Of a stretch of 64,000 bases of DNA, positions 26,606 to 35,909 are shown one piece after another (the first letter of the stretch is position 1; every line of letters begins with the position of its first letter). The DNA is from Patescibacteria group bacterium (GTDB lineage: Bacteria; Patescibacteriota; Patescibacteriia; UBA2591; UBA6264): assembly GCA_016784145.1 (NCBI GenBank), contig JADHVF010000001.1, positions 159,339 to 223,338 of the forward strand. Direction: 5' to 3'. The position numbers were made by a program, and so were the translations under genes. The notes under the pieces were generated by a model. That model saw nothing but the letters and a program-made list of their open reading frames with translations, did not search any database and had not been told where the DNA came from.

Positions 26606-27793
26606 ATGGCTAATCAAACTATCAAAACATACCTATTAATCACAGCTGCATCAGAATTGTTGATAGGATTGCATGCTGCAATCTATGTCACTTACTTAAT
26701 GAGTAATGATTTGAGCTTATTACAAGTAAGTTTAGTCAACTTTTTCTTCATGCTGTCTGTCTTTGTTCTTGAAATACCAACCGGCGCGATTGCTGATATA
26801 TTTGGAAGGAAATTTTCTTTTGTTCTTTCAAATATTATCTGTGGAGCAGGCTTTCTAGTATATAGCCTATCTGAAAGTTTCACTGGATTTGTTGCATCTG
26901 AAATCATCATAGCGTTAGGATTGGTGCTATCATCAGGAGCATTTAAGGCTTGGATGGTGGATTCCCTCAATTTTTATCAATGGGAAGGCAAGTTGATAAA
27001 TGTATTCAAGCTTGAAGGAAGAATTGGCAGCATCGCTAGTATGGCTGGTGGATTAATCGGAGCATATCTTGGCGTGCAAAACCTGGCAATGCCGTTTGCA
27101 ATTGCTGGAACAGGTTTTCTCATTTTAGCTATCACTACCTTTGCGTTAGTAAAAGAAGAATACTTTGTTCACAAGAAAAGGAAAGATATAAATCTCTGGA
27201 ATAATATCAGGCAAATCTCGAGCGCTAGCATAAAATACGGGCTAAAACACCAAGTCGTGTTCTTGATAGTTAGTGTGACAGTTGTTTTCACTCTAGGATT
27301 TCAAGCATTAAACATGTACTGGCAACCTTGGTTTACCCCTCATATCTCAGGCAGTCAATATCTTGGCTATATCTGGGTTGGCATAATTTTCTGTAAGATG
27401 CTTGGAATAGAAATGGTTGGTTATTTTGAAAAAAGAGTTCCAAATTTTAAGATAGGGTATCTTGTTATCGGAACAAGCGTTGGCACGATGATTATGTTGT
27501 CAGCCATACCTTTTCTCAAAATATCAATAATAGCCTTTATCTTACATGAAGTAATAAGAGGGTTATCACAGCCATACACAAATACAATGATTCAAGAGAA
27601 CATAACCTCGTCAGCCAATCGAGCCACCATTGATTCCTTTATTTCAATGATGAGAACTGGGGCGGCTGGAATTGGACTACTCTTAGCTGGAATCTTGTCC
27701 AATGCTTATGGAATCAGCATCACTTGGATGATATCTGGAATAATCATAATTGTATTAACGCCTGTTGCCATGATAATAAACGGCCATGACTAA
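26606..27793 (+). CDS. MFS transporter (12 TM)
   Basis: AAGGAGG RBS. Has an MFS motif between TM2 and TM3 (GAIADIFGRK). Confidence 0.8.
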   Translation: MANQTIKTYLLITAASELLIGLHAAIYVTYLMSNDLSLLQVSLVNFFFMLSVFVLEIPTGAIADIFGRKFSFVLSNIICGAGFLVYSLSESFTGFVASEIIIALGLVLSSGAFKAWMVDSLNFYQWEGKLINVFKLEGRIGSIASMAGGLIGAYLGVQNLAMPFAIAGTGFLILAITTFALVKEEYFVHKKRKDINLWNNIRQISSASIKYGLKHQVVFLIVSVTVVFTLGFQALNMYWQPWFTPHISGSQYLGYIWVGIIFCKMLGIEMVGYFEKRVPNFKIGYLVIGTSVGTMIMLSAIPFLKISIIAFILHEVIRGLSQPYTNTMIQENITSSANRATIDSFISMMRTGAAGIGLLLAGILSNAYGISITWMISGIIIIVLTPVAMIINGHD

Positions 27794-27797
27794 TAGA

Positions 27798-27833
27798 AAA
27801 AGTCCGTCTGCAAAATGACGGACTTTTTTTATT
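27798..27833. terminator. intrinsic terminator agtccgtc...gacggact-ttttttt
   Basis: Perfect 8-bp stem plus T7. Confidence 0.75.
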
Positions 27834-27882
27834 CAATTTTTATTTCCCCTTCTACTGAGAAACAGGGGCTCTTAATTCCTTG

Positions 27883-28350
27883 TCAATCCTCTGCTATTTT
27901 TTTTGGTTTAGTAATATTTGGTTCTTTGCCATAAAACGGCAAAACCTGTTTAAGAGGTTTGGTTTTTAAGAACTTAGCAATCCCCTTTTCAAATAAATCA
28001 ACATTTATCTGCCTAATCTCATTACTTGGCAGTTGAGCCCCCAAGTGAGATGAGTGGGGATACGGGGGCAAACTGACTCCAATGGCAGGGATATTCAATG
28101 TCCATGACAAAGTATTCGCAATTGCTAAAGCAACCCTAATTCCAGAAAAAGAACCAGGGCCATTAACAACCACAATCCCCTGTAGAGATTTTATTTTTAT
28201 ATTATTTTTCTCCAAAATTTTATTTATATTAATTAAAATATTCTCATTTCTGTTGCCAGGATTATTAGAAAATAACCAAGTAATAGCATCTTTGACTTTA
28301 ATCCCTATAAATGTTTTTTGATTAGCTAGATTGTTTATAAACAAATACAT
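27883..28350 (-). CDS. tsaB: tRNA threonylcarbamoyladenosine biosynthesis protein TsaB (short form)
   Basis: GPGSFSGIRV motif. Length 155 aa. Confidence 0.65.
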   Translation of the reverse strand: MYLFINNLANQKTFIGIKVKDAITWLFSNNPGNRNENILININKILEKNNIKIKSLQGIVVVNGPGSFSGIRVALAIANTLSWTLNIPAIGVSLPPYPHSSHLGAQLPSNEIRQINVDLFEKGIAKFLKTKPLKQVLPFYGKEPNITKPKKIAED

Positions 28351-28432
28351 AAATTTTATTTACAGATTTATTATTTTATATTATAATAATAAAGAATAAT
28401 ATTGGCAACTTTTTAATTAATTATAAAAATTT

Positions 28433-30418
28433 ATGACTGATAAAATCAGTACTGAAAAAATTTGTTTTTCAAACCCGAAAGAATCAAATGTTTATTCTAA
28501 AATTTATGCTGTTAAGCCAGGTGAAAAATTTTTAAAAGAATTTGGCCAATTGATGATAATCTTTGATTTTGGGTTTAAGAAAGAAGTGAATGACAAAATA
28601 GTTGACAACCTTAAAAATTGGATTGGGAATTTTACTATTTTTGCTCAAGATAGTTTTTATAAAAAAGAAAAAATTAAAAAAGAAACAGAAGAAAATTTTG
28701 AAAATTTTCTACAAAAAATAAATAATTGGATGATTGAAGAAAAATCAGAATATGGAAAGTTTTTTGATGAATACATAGATGATATCAATATTAAAATAGC
28801 TTTATTAACTGAAAAAAATATTTACTTCAGTCAAGTTGGAGAAATCCAAGCACATATAATTCAAGACCAAGCAATTCAAAAAATATCAGCCAGCAAAAAT
28901 AAATCTAACAAATTCTCAGATATTGTTAGTGGAGAAATAGACAAGGATTCTGTCTTGATATTTAATACAAAAAACTTATTTGATTATTTTTCAAAAGAAA
29001 AAATAATACAAATAATAGAAACAACTCCCGTGAAAAAAATTGGCAATGCTATAAAAAAATTACTAGCAAACAATGATAGTTATAAAAATAATTTAGCCTG
29101 CCTAATCTTGTCTAATCAAAAAAAGATAACTGCTCTCCCTCAATCAAAGGTCTCAAAAAAAACTACTATAATGCAAGTCGAATCTGAAACTAAAGATAAA
29201 TATTTTAAAAAAGAAAAAGATAATCAACCAACTAAAATGAAACTTGAAATTAAAAAAGGCAAACCAAAATCAAGCATTATTCACAAAATACTCTTTCTGA
29301 TTTTAATAATTTTAGCAATCCTCTTCATCAGCAGTGTTGTAAAATTAACCAAACAAGAAATTGACCAAAACAAGAATAAAGAATATCAAACAGCTAGTGA
29401 TAATTTTTATAAAAAAATAAAAGCTCTTGACATGGCAATTGCCTTTAAAGATAAAAACAAAACAATTAAAATATTTTCCGAAATCAAAGAGATATTAAAC
29501 ATTTTCCCTAAACAAACAAACGAGCAGATTCAAACCTATAAATTATTAAACTCTGAATATTTTAAAAAAAGAAATAAATTCTACAAAATAAAAACAATCA
29601 CAGAACCAAATCTTTTATTTGACCTGTCTGAAATAGACACAAACATACAAGCTGATGGGTGGACAAACATTGGAGATGATTTTTATATTTTTAATTCATT
29701 AAATAATTACATTTATACTTTTAACATATCATCAAATGAATCTGAAATATTAAATAATTCATCTTCTAATATAGGTAGAATAAAAAAAATACTATCATTT
29801 GATAGTGATAATTTAATAGGAATTACACAAACTAATGACTTGATTAATTTTAATATAATAGACAAAGAAATAACATCATTAAAATTAAAATCAAACAAGA
29901 AACTAATGGAATTCAACGACATTTGTATATATAATGATCGTCTTTATGCATTAAATTCTTCAAACAATCAAATCTATAAATATTCAAAAACAATTGATGG
30001 TTTTGATAAAGAAGAAAAATGGATAAAGGATGAATCATCCGTATCTAATGGACTAAATATTTCAATTGATGGCAATATTTATGTCTTGTTAAAAAATGGC
30101 GAAATTATTAAATTTTTCAGAAACAAAGAAGCACAATTTAACCAAACAAGAATAGAGCCATTAATTTCTTCTATTGACCCTGGTATAATGAATAAAAATG
30201 GTGACAAAATTAAGCTATATTCTGATGCTGACATTGATAACATATATCTTTTAGATGGAAAGACAAAGCGTCTGATTATTTTTGATAAACAAGGAAAATC
30301 AAAGCAGCAACTTTATTTCCCTCAGTTTAATAATCTGAAAGATTTTATTATAAGTAAAAATGAACAAAAAGCTTGGCTTTTAAACGCCAACAAGATATTT
30401 GAAATAAATCTGGAATAA
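28433..30418 (+). CDS. hypothetical single-pass membrane protein with C-terminal beta-propeller-like repeats
   Basis: TM segment ILFLILIILAILFISSVV at about residue 290. The C-terminal half contains repeated D-x-x-[IL]Y-[VIL] motifs (IYTFN, LYALN, IYVLL, IYLLD). Confidence 0.45.
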   Translation: MTDKISTEKICFSNPKESNVYSKIYAVKPGEKFLKEFGQLMIIFDFGFKKEVNDKIVDNLKNWIGNFTIFAQDSFYKKEKIKKETEENFENFLQKINNWMIEEKSEYGKFFDEYIDDINIKIALLTEKNIYFSQVGEIQAHIIQDQAIQKISASKNKSNKFSDIVSGEIDKDSVLIFNTKNLFDYFSKEKIIQIIETTPVKKIGNAIKKLLANNDSYKNNLACLILSNQKKITALPQSKVSKKTTIMQVESETKDKYFKKEKDNQPTKMKLEIKKGKPKSSIIHKILFLILIILAILFISSVVKLTKQEIDQNKNKEYQTASDNFYKKIKALDMAIAFKDKNKTIKIFSEIKEILNIFPKQTNEQIQTYKLLNSEYFKKRNKFYKIKTITEPNLLFDLSEIDTNIQADGWTNIGDDFYIFNSLNNYIYTFNISSNESEILNNSSSNIGRIKKILSFDSDNLIGITQTNDLINFNIIDKEITSLKLKSNKKLMEFNDICIYNDRLYALNSSNNQIYKYSKTIDGFDKEEKWIKDESSVSNGLNISIDGNIYVLLKNGEIIKFFRNKEAQFNQTRIEPLISSIDPGIMNKNGDKIKLYSDADIDNIYLLDGKTKRLIIFDKQGKSKQQLYFPQFNNLKDFIISKNEQKAWLLNANKIFEINLE

Positions 30419-30458
30419 ATACTAATAGTCAAAATTAGAAATTACCACCAAATTCCAA

Positions 30459-30551
30459 GAAACAAGATACAAACAAATATCAACAAATAAATTCCAAATA
30501 AAATAACCAAGATTATTACATCTTGGTTATTGTTTATTTACTGTATTCTAC
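30459..30551 (+). other. conserved 3'-element copy 1 (gaaacaagatacaa ... caaataaattcc ... hairpin aataaccaagat/atcttggttatt ... tactgtattcta)
   Basis: Homologous to 51800..51930. Hairpin spans 30502..30531. Confidence 0.55.
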
Positions 30552-30991
30552 TTTAAAGCAACCTTGGCGCCAGCCTTTTCTAAAGTTTCTTTCATTTTAT
30601 CAGCATCTTCCTTGTTGGCTCCTTCTTTCACAACTGCTGGAACATTGTCTGTTAAATCTTTAGCTTCTTTTAACCCAATTGAAACAAACTCTCTAATTGC
30701 CTTAATAACTGAAATTTTACTCTCTCCCACTTCTATTAATTCAACATTAAAACTTGTTTGCTCTTCTTTGTCATCTTCTTCTCCTACTGCAGCCACTGCT
30801 GGTCCTGCCATTGCTACTGGAGCTTGAGCAGAAACATTAAATTTTTCTTCCAAAATTTTTACTAATTCTGACAAATCAATTGCACTCATTTTCTCAATTT
30901 CTTCAACAATGCTTTTAAATTTACTAGGAATTTTTACTTTTTTAGTTTCTTTTGATTCTTCTTTTTTTTCTTGTTTTTTTTCGTCTGCCAT
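30548..30991 (-). CDS. rplL: 50S ribosomal protein L7/L12 with Lys/Glu-rich N-terminal extension
   Basis: SELVKILEEKFNVSA and GLKEAKDLT motifs, plus an Ala-rich hinge. Confidence 0.9.
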   Translation of the reverse strand: MADEKKQEKKEESKETKKVKIPSKFKSIVEEIEKMSAIDLSELVKILEEKFNVSAQAPVAMAGPAVAAVGEEDDKEEQTSFNVELIEVGESKISVIKAIREFVSIGLKEAKDLTDNVPAVVKEGANKEDADKMKETLEKAGAKVALK

Positions 30992-31028
30992 AATATTTTT
31001 TTTATTATTTAATTAATATTAATTATAT

Positions 31029-31541
31029 TTAATTTTTTATAGATGATAGCACATAAACCAGATTTCTCATATTGCCATTTAATACAGAAGCAAACCCTCT
31101 AACAGGGGCTTGTATTATGTTTGCTAATTGTGATAACAAAATTTCCTTGGTCGGAATACTGGCCAATTCTTTAATTTTAGCCACATCAACCAACTCTGAG
31201 TTAAATACACCTCCATGAATATTCAATGATTTATACTTTTTAGAAAGATTAATAGCTGCTCTAGCCGGCTCTATTTCATCTTCATTGTTCAAGATAATGC
31301 CAAAACCACCGTTAATTTCTTTTAAGTTAACATCAAGCCCTATCCTCTTAATTGCTTTTTGTAAAAGTGTTTTTTTTGTTACCAAATATTCACAAGAACT
31401 ATTTTTTAACAATTGTCTCAAATTATTAATATCATTTGCCTTTATTCCATAATAATCAATTAAAACAAAATTTTTTGTCTTATTTAATTTGTCTTCCAAT
31501 TCTTTAATAATACCTGCTTTTTGTTGTATTGTTTTTGCCAT
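31029..31541 (-). CDS. rplJ: 50S ribosomal protein L10
   Basis: Similarity to L10 beginning at MAKTIQQKAGII. Start set at this internal ATG because the upstream part of the ORF looks non-coding. Confidence 0.85.
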   Translation of the reverse strand: MAKTIQQKAGIIKELEDKLNKTKNFVLIDYYGIKANDINNLRQLLKNSSCEYLVTKKTLLQKAIKRIGLDVNLKEINGGFGIILNNEDEIEPARAAINLSKKYKSLNIHGGVFNSELVDVAKIKELASIPTKEILLSQLANIIQAPVRGFASVLNGNMRNLVYVLSSIKN

Positions 31542-31715
31542 AAAAATTATAATTAATAATTTAAAAAATCTGCGCAATCGCAGACCCAAAAAATAAAATA
31601 AAATATTTTTGTTTGTCTAGGGAGGCATTTAATTAAGCTTTAACAAGCGCCCACTGTCTACGACTAATATAATTTTAAAATAATTAAATTTATTTGTCAA
31701 ATATTTTCTCCACAA

Positions 31716-32405
31716 CTATTCTATGATTGTTCCTTTAAATTGATTGCCTTGTAAATAATTTTTGAAATTATTGATTTTCTGGCCATTTAAAATAATAACC
31801 CTTAAGCCGAGCTGCTGAGCAATTTTTGAAGCCAACGGACCAAATGGAGCTGATTTCCTTGGCGACCACTTTGTCCCAACAATTTTCAAAAAATCCGTCC
31901 AGTTAATATTTCTAATTGGCTTGGCCTGCTTATATTTATCTGGGTCTTTATCATAAACAAAGTCAATATCACTTAAATTAATAATCTCCTTTGCCTTGAA
32001 ACTATCTGCCCATAAAACAGCATCTTTGTCAGTCGAACAACCTGGTTTCCAGCCACAAGCAATTACTAATGGCTTTGAAATCCTGGATGGCAATGAACTT
32101 GGGTCGCTTAAAACATCTTTATAAGCATGTTTAGCCAAAAGAACTCTGACTAATTCTGCGTTTACTCTAGTAGAAGCAATTCCCAACCAATCCAAGTCAA
32201 TGTTCTTTGGTTTGGTTATTTTTCTTGCCGCAGCATTATATTTTCTACTAGTATTCCCTCCTCCAACAATGATGACAATTTTATATCCCTGGCTTAATAA
32301 TCCTAAAATGAATTTCCTAAATTTTTTCAAAAAACTAACATCAATATCTCCTGGCACAACCAAAGACCCTCCTAAAGACAAAATTATTCTTTTTTTATTT
32401 TCCAT
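31716..32405 (-). CDS. pyrH: UMP kinase, archaeal-type
   Basis: Pattern ILSLGGSLVVP...IVGGGNTSRKY...GTKWSPRKS...GTIIE matches short archaeal/CPR-type PyrH. Confidence 0.7.
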   Translation of the reverse strand: MENKKRIILSLGGSLVVPGDIDVSFLKKFRKFILGLLSQGYKIVIIVGGGNTSRKYNAAARKITKPKNIDLDWLGIASTRVNAELVRVLLAKHAYKDVLSDPSSLPSRISKPLVIACGWKPGCSTDKDAVLWADSFKAKEIINLSDIDFVYDKDPDKYKQAKPIRNINWTDFLKIVGTKWSPRKSAPFGPLASKIAQQLGLRVIILNGQKINNFKNYLQGNQFKGTIIE

Positions 32406-32498
32406 AATTATATATTAATTGTCTTAACAATTTTTATTAAGATTGTTAGGGGGTGGACCTAACAAGGACTAATAAGGAGGTAAATGGGTGGGAGATGG

Positions 32499-34238
32499 TT
32501 ACATTTTTTCTAAAGTGTCTATGCCCAGCAAAATTAACCCTTTTTTAATAACATGTGCTACGGCCAAGATTAACTCTATCCGCGCTTTTTTTACTTCAAA
32601 TCCTGCTTTTAATACTTTATGCTGATGATAAAACTCGTTAAACTTTTGTGATATTTTTAATAAATAATTTGCCAAAATGCCTGTATTATGTTCTTGTCTT
32701 GCTTTAGCAATAGTATCTTCAAATAAAGATAATAATTTTAATAATTCTATTTCTTGTTTGTTTTTTAATAAAGAATAATCAATTTTTTTCATTATTTCTT
32801 CATCAGCTGGTTTATCTTTTCTGATTATTGATTTTATTCTAGCATAAGTGTATAAGACATATGGTCCGGTGTCACCTTCAAAAGAAATTGATTCTACTGG
32901 ATTAAAATTAACACTATGTTTGGGCGAAAACTTAAGAAAGAAAAATTTTAAAGCTGCCAGAGCAATTTTGTCTGCTCTTTTAGAAACATCTATCGGCGTG
33001 ATATCAGGATTTCTTTTCAAAACCTCTGTCTTGGCCAGTTGGTTCATTTTATCAATAATATCATCAGCATCAATCACAATCCCTTGCCTTGATTTCATTT
33101 TGCCTTCTGGCAAAAAAACCATGCCATAAGAAAGATGCTCGCAATCTTGAGCCCACTTAAATCCAAATATTTCTAAAACTCTAAATAAAACTTTAAAATA
33201 ATAATCTTGTTCTGAAGCAACCACATAAATTGACTTATGAGGAGTAAAATCCTTGTATTTTTTTTGAGCCAAAGCAATGTCTTGCGTCAAATAAACAGTT
33301 GTCTGGTTCGGTCTTATCAAGACCTTTTTGTCAAGATTATCTTTTATCAAGTCTATTTCAATTGCCTTGTCCTCTCGCTGATAACAAAGTCCTTTTTTTA
33401 ATGCTTTTAAAATAGTTTGTCTTCCTAATTTATAAATATCACTTTCAAAATACCATTTATCAAAACTTACTCCAATTCTTTGATATGTTTCTTTAATACC
33501 ATCCAAAGCCCATTTATTCATTTTTTGCCATAATAATATAATTCTCTGGTCCCCTGCCTCCCATTTTTCAAGTATTTCCTGTGCCTGATCTAATAATTCT
33601 GGATTTTTAATAGCCATTTTTTCAAATAAAGCATAATATTTTCCCACAAAATGATCGCCTTTTGTTTTAGTTGATTCAGGGGTTTTGTTTTCCCCCCAAT
33701 TATCATAAGCAAGCATTGATTTACAAATATGTATCCCCCTGTCATTAATCAAGTTAATTTTAACAACATCATAACCAGTAGCAAAATAAAAATTAGCCAT
33801 TGCCATGCCAATGAAATTATTCCTTAAATGCCCTAAGTGTTGCGGTTTATTAGTATTGGGGGCTGAATACTCAATTAAAATCCTCCTGTCTTTGCCTACT
33901 TTGGCATTACCAAATTTTTGCTTAGCCTTGTTGATGGCCTGAACAGTCAACTTAAACCATTTTTCTTTATCAATAAAAAAATTCAAATAAGGCCCCTTGT
34001 TTTCAGTCCTAATTAAAAGTGTCTTTTTATTTGCTTTAATTTGCTTGTTTATTTTTAATGACAAATCTGCTGCACATTTTGCTGGTGACTTCTTGATAAT
34101 TTTTGCCAAAACAAAACAAGATAAACAAATATCCCCCAAATTAATATCAGGGGGAATTTCAAACTTATATTCAAAATTACTTGGCAGGGCCAATGATTTT
34201 TTTATAATACTAATAATGTCTTGCTTGATTTCATTCAT
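32499..34238 (-). CDS. argS: arginine--tRNA ligase
   Basis: Class I HIGH-region variant NTNKPQHLGHLRN. Has a C-terminal DALR anticodon-binding domain. Confidence 0.9.
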   Translation of the reverse strand: MNEIKQDIISIIKKSLALPSNFEYKFEIPPDINLGDICLSCFVLAKIIKKSPAKCAADLSLKINKQIKANKKTLLIRTENKGPYLNFFIDKEKWFKLTVQAINKAKQKFGNAKVGKDRRILIEYSAPNTNKPQHLGHLRNNFIGMAMANFYFATGYDVVKINLINDRGIHICKSMLAYDNWGENKTPESTKTKGDHFVGKYYALFEKMAIKNPELLDQAQEILEKWEAGDQRIILLWQKMNKWALDGIKETYQRIGVSFDKWYFESDIYKLGRQTILKALKKGLCYQREDKAIEIDLIKDNLDKKVLIRPNQTTVYLTQDIALAQKKYKDFTPHKSIYVVASEQDYYFKVLFRVLEIFGFKWAQDCEHLSYGMVFLPEGKMKSRQGIVIDADDIIDKMNQLAKTEVLKRNPDITPIDVSKRADKIALAALKFFFLKFSPKHSVNFNPVESISFEGDTGPYVLYTYARIKSIIRKDKPADEEIMKKIDYSLLKNKQEIELLKLLSLFEDTIAKARQEHNTGILANYLLKISQKFNEFYHQHKVLKAGFEVKKARIELILAVAHVIKKGLILLGIDTLEKM

Positions 34239-34253
34239 TTTAATAACAAAAAA

Positions 34254-35258
34254 TTAAGAAATGTGTCTACCAACATATTCTGCCATCTCAACATACCTAC
34301 TAGCATAACCATATTCATTGTCATACCATAAAATTAATTTTATTAAATTGTCATTTACATTAGTTGCCAATCCATCTATTATGACCGAATATGGATTGGC
34401 TATAAAGTCAGAAGAAACAAGTGGTTCATAACTAACATCTATAATGCCTTTCATTTTTTGCTCACTAGCATTTTTTAATACATTATTAATATTATCAATT
34501 GTGGTTGATTGGTTAACCAGACAAACAATGTCAACTAAAGAAACAATTGGCACTGGCACCCTAACTGCCAGGCCGTGCAGTTTGGTGGCTAATTCTGGTA
34601 AAACAGCAATTACTGACTTGCTAGCTCCAGTAGTGGTTGGAATTATATTTAAATCAGCTGCTCTAGCTCTACGCAAGTCTTTATGTGGTAAATCTATTAT
34701 TTTTTGACTACTTGTATAAGCATGAATAGTTGTAAAAAATGAATTAAGAATTTCAAGTTCTTTATTTAAAATCTTCAAAACCGGAGCAATGCAATTAGTA
34801 GTACAAGAACCATTTGAAATAATAATATCATTTTTAAAATCAAGCTTAGCTTCATTTACCCCTAAAACAAAAATAGGGATGAATTCATCTTTAGGAGGAG
34901 CTGATAAAATAACTCTTTTAGCTCCAGCTTTAATATGTTTGTTGGCCAATTCTTTTGTGTTAAATTTGCCTGTGCTTTCTAAAACAATATCAATGCCTAG
35001 CTTTTTCCAAGGCAAATCAGATGGATCTTTGACACTTGAAACCGGAATTTGCTTATTATTAATATAAAGATTATCATCATTAAAATCTACTTGACCATCA
35101 AATTTCCCATAAACAGAATCATATTTCAAAAGATGAGCCAAGGTTTTGTTATCAACTAAATCATTAATTGCTACCACTTCTACTTTGTCTGATTTAAGGG
35201 CAATGCGAAAACTAGCTCTGCCAATTCTCCCAAATCCATTTATAGCTATTTTAATCAT
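34254..35258 (-). CDS. gap: glyceraldehyde-3-phosphate dehydrogenase
   Basis: NGFGRIGR Rossmann motif and the active-site SCTTNC. Confidence 0.92.
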   Translation of the reverse strand: MIKIAINGFGRIGRASFRIALKSDKVEVVAINDLVDNKTLAHLLKYDSVYGKFDGQVDFNDDNLYINNKQIPVSSVKDPSDLPWKKLGIDIVLESTGKFNTKELANKHIKAGAKRVILSAPPKDEFIPIFVLGVNEAKLDFKNDIIISNGSCTTNCIAPVLKILNKELEILNSFFTTIHAYTSSQKIIDLPHKDLRRARAADLNIIPTTTGASKSVIAVLPELATKLHGLAVRVPVPIVSLVDIVCLVNQSTTIDNINNVLKNASEQKMKGIIDVSYEPLVSSDFIANPYSVIIDGLATNVNDNLIKLILWYDNEYGYASRYVEMAEYVGRHIS

Positions 35259-35264
35259 AATTTT

Positions 35265-35909
35265 TTATTTTAAATTCTCAATTATTTTTTTACCAAAATC
35301 AAAAGCAACTGCTGGGCCGTTAGCTGTAATAATATTTCCATGAATAACCATTGGCTCATCAATGTATTCAGCCTCTGCTTGTTCTAATATTTCAATAGCA
35401 TCCTTGTTTAATTCATCAGACCAAACAGTCGCTTGCTTGCCTTTTAATATGCCTGCTTTAGCTAAAATTGTAGGGGCAATACAAATTGCTCCAATAATTT
35501 TCTGCTTATTGTTAGCCTGATTTATTAAATTGTTAACTAATAAATTATCAACATAATCTACTGCTCCTGGTCCACCAATAAATATAATTGCTTTAAATTC
35601 ATCTATATTGTTAATATCTTCAATTTTTCCATCAACTTCTAACTCAGTTCCAAATTTTCCAGTTGCTTGACCACCATTAAGGCTAGCCACAAAAACATCA
35701 ACATTACCTTGCTCAAGAGCTGCTCTAGTATCTTGATATTCAATATCTTGGAACCCTTTATCAGCGATGATTAGCAAAACTTTTTTTAAATTTTGTTTGA
35801 TGGACATGGGATTGTTGTCTTGATTATTTTGAAAATAAATATATGAAAAAATTATTACTAATATTAGTATAACATAAATAAACACAAATTTAAATTTAAA
35901 TTTTTTCAT
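35265..35909 (-). CDS. DJ-1/PfpI-family protein with N-terminal membrane anchor
   Basis: Nucleophile elbow AICIAP. Length 214 aa. Confidence 0.7.
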   Translation of the reverse strand: MKKFKFKFVFIYVILILVIIFSYIYFQNNQDNNPMSIKQNLKKVLLIIADKGFQDIEYQDTRAALEQGNVDVFVASLNGGQATGKFGTELEVDGKIEDINNIDEFKAIIFIGGPGAVDYVDNLLVNNLINQANNKQKIIGAICIAPTILAKAGILKGKQATVWSDELNKDAIEILEQAEAEYIDEPMVIHGNIITANGPAVAFDFGKKIIENLK

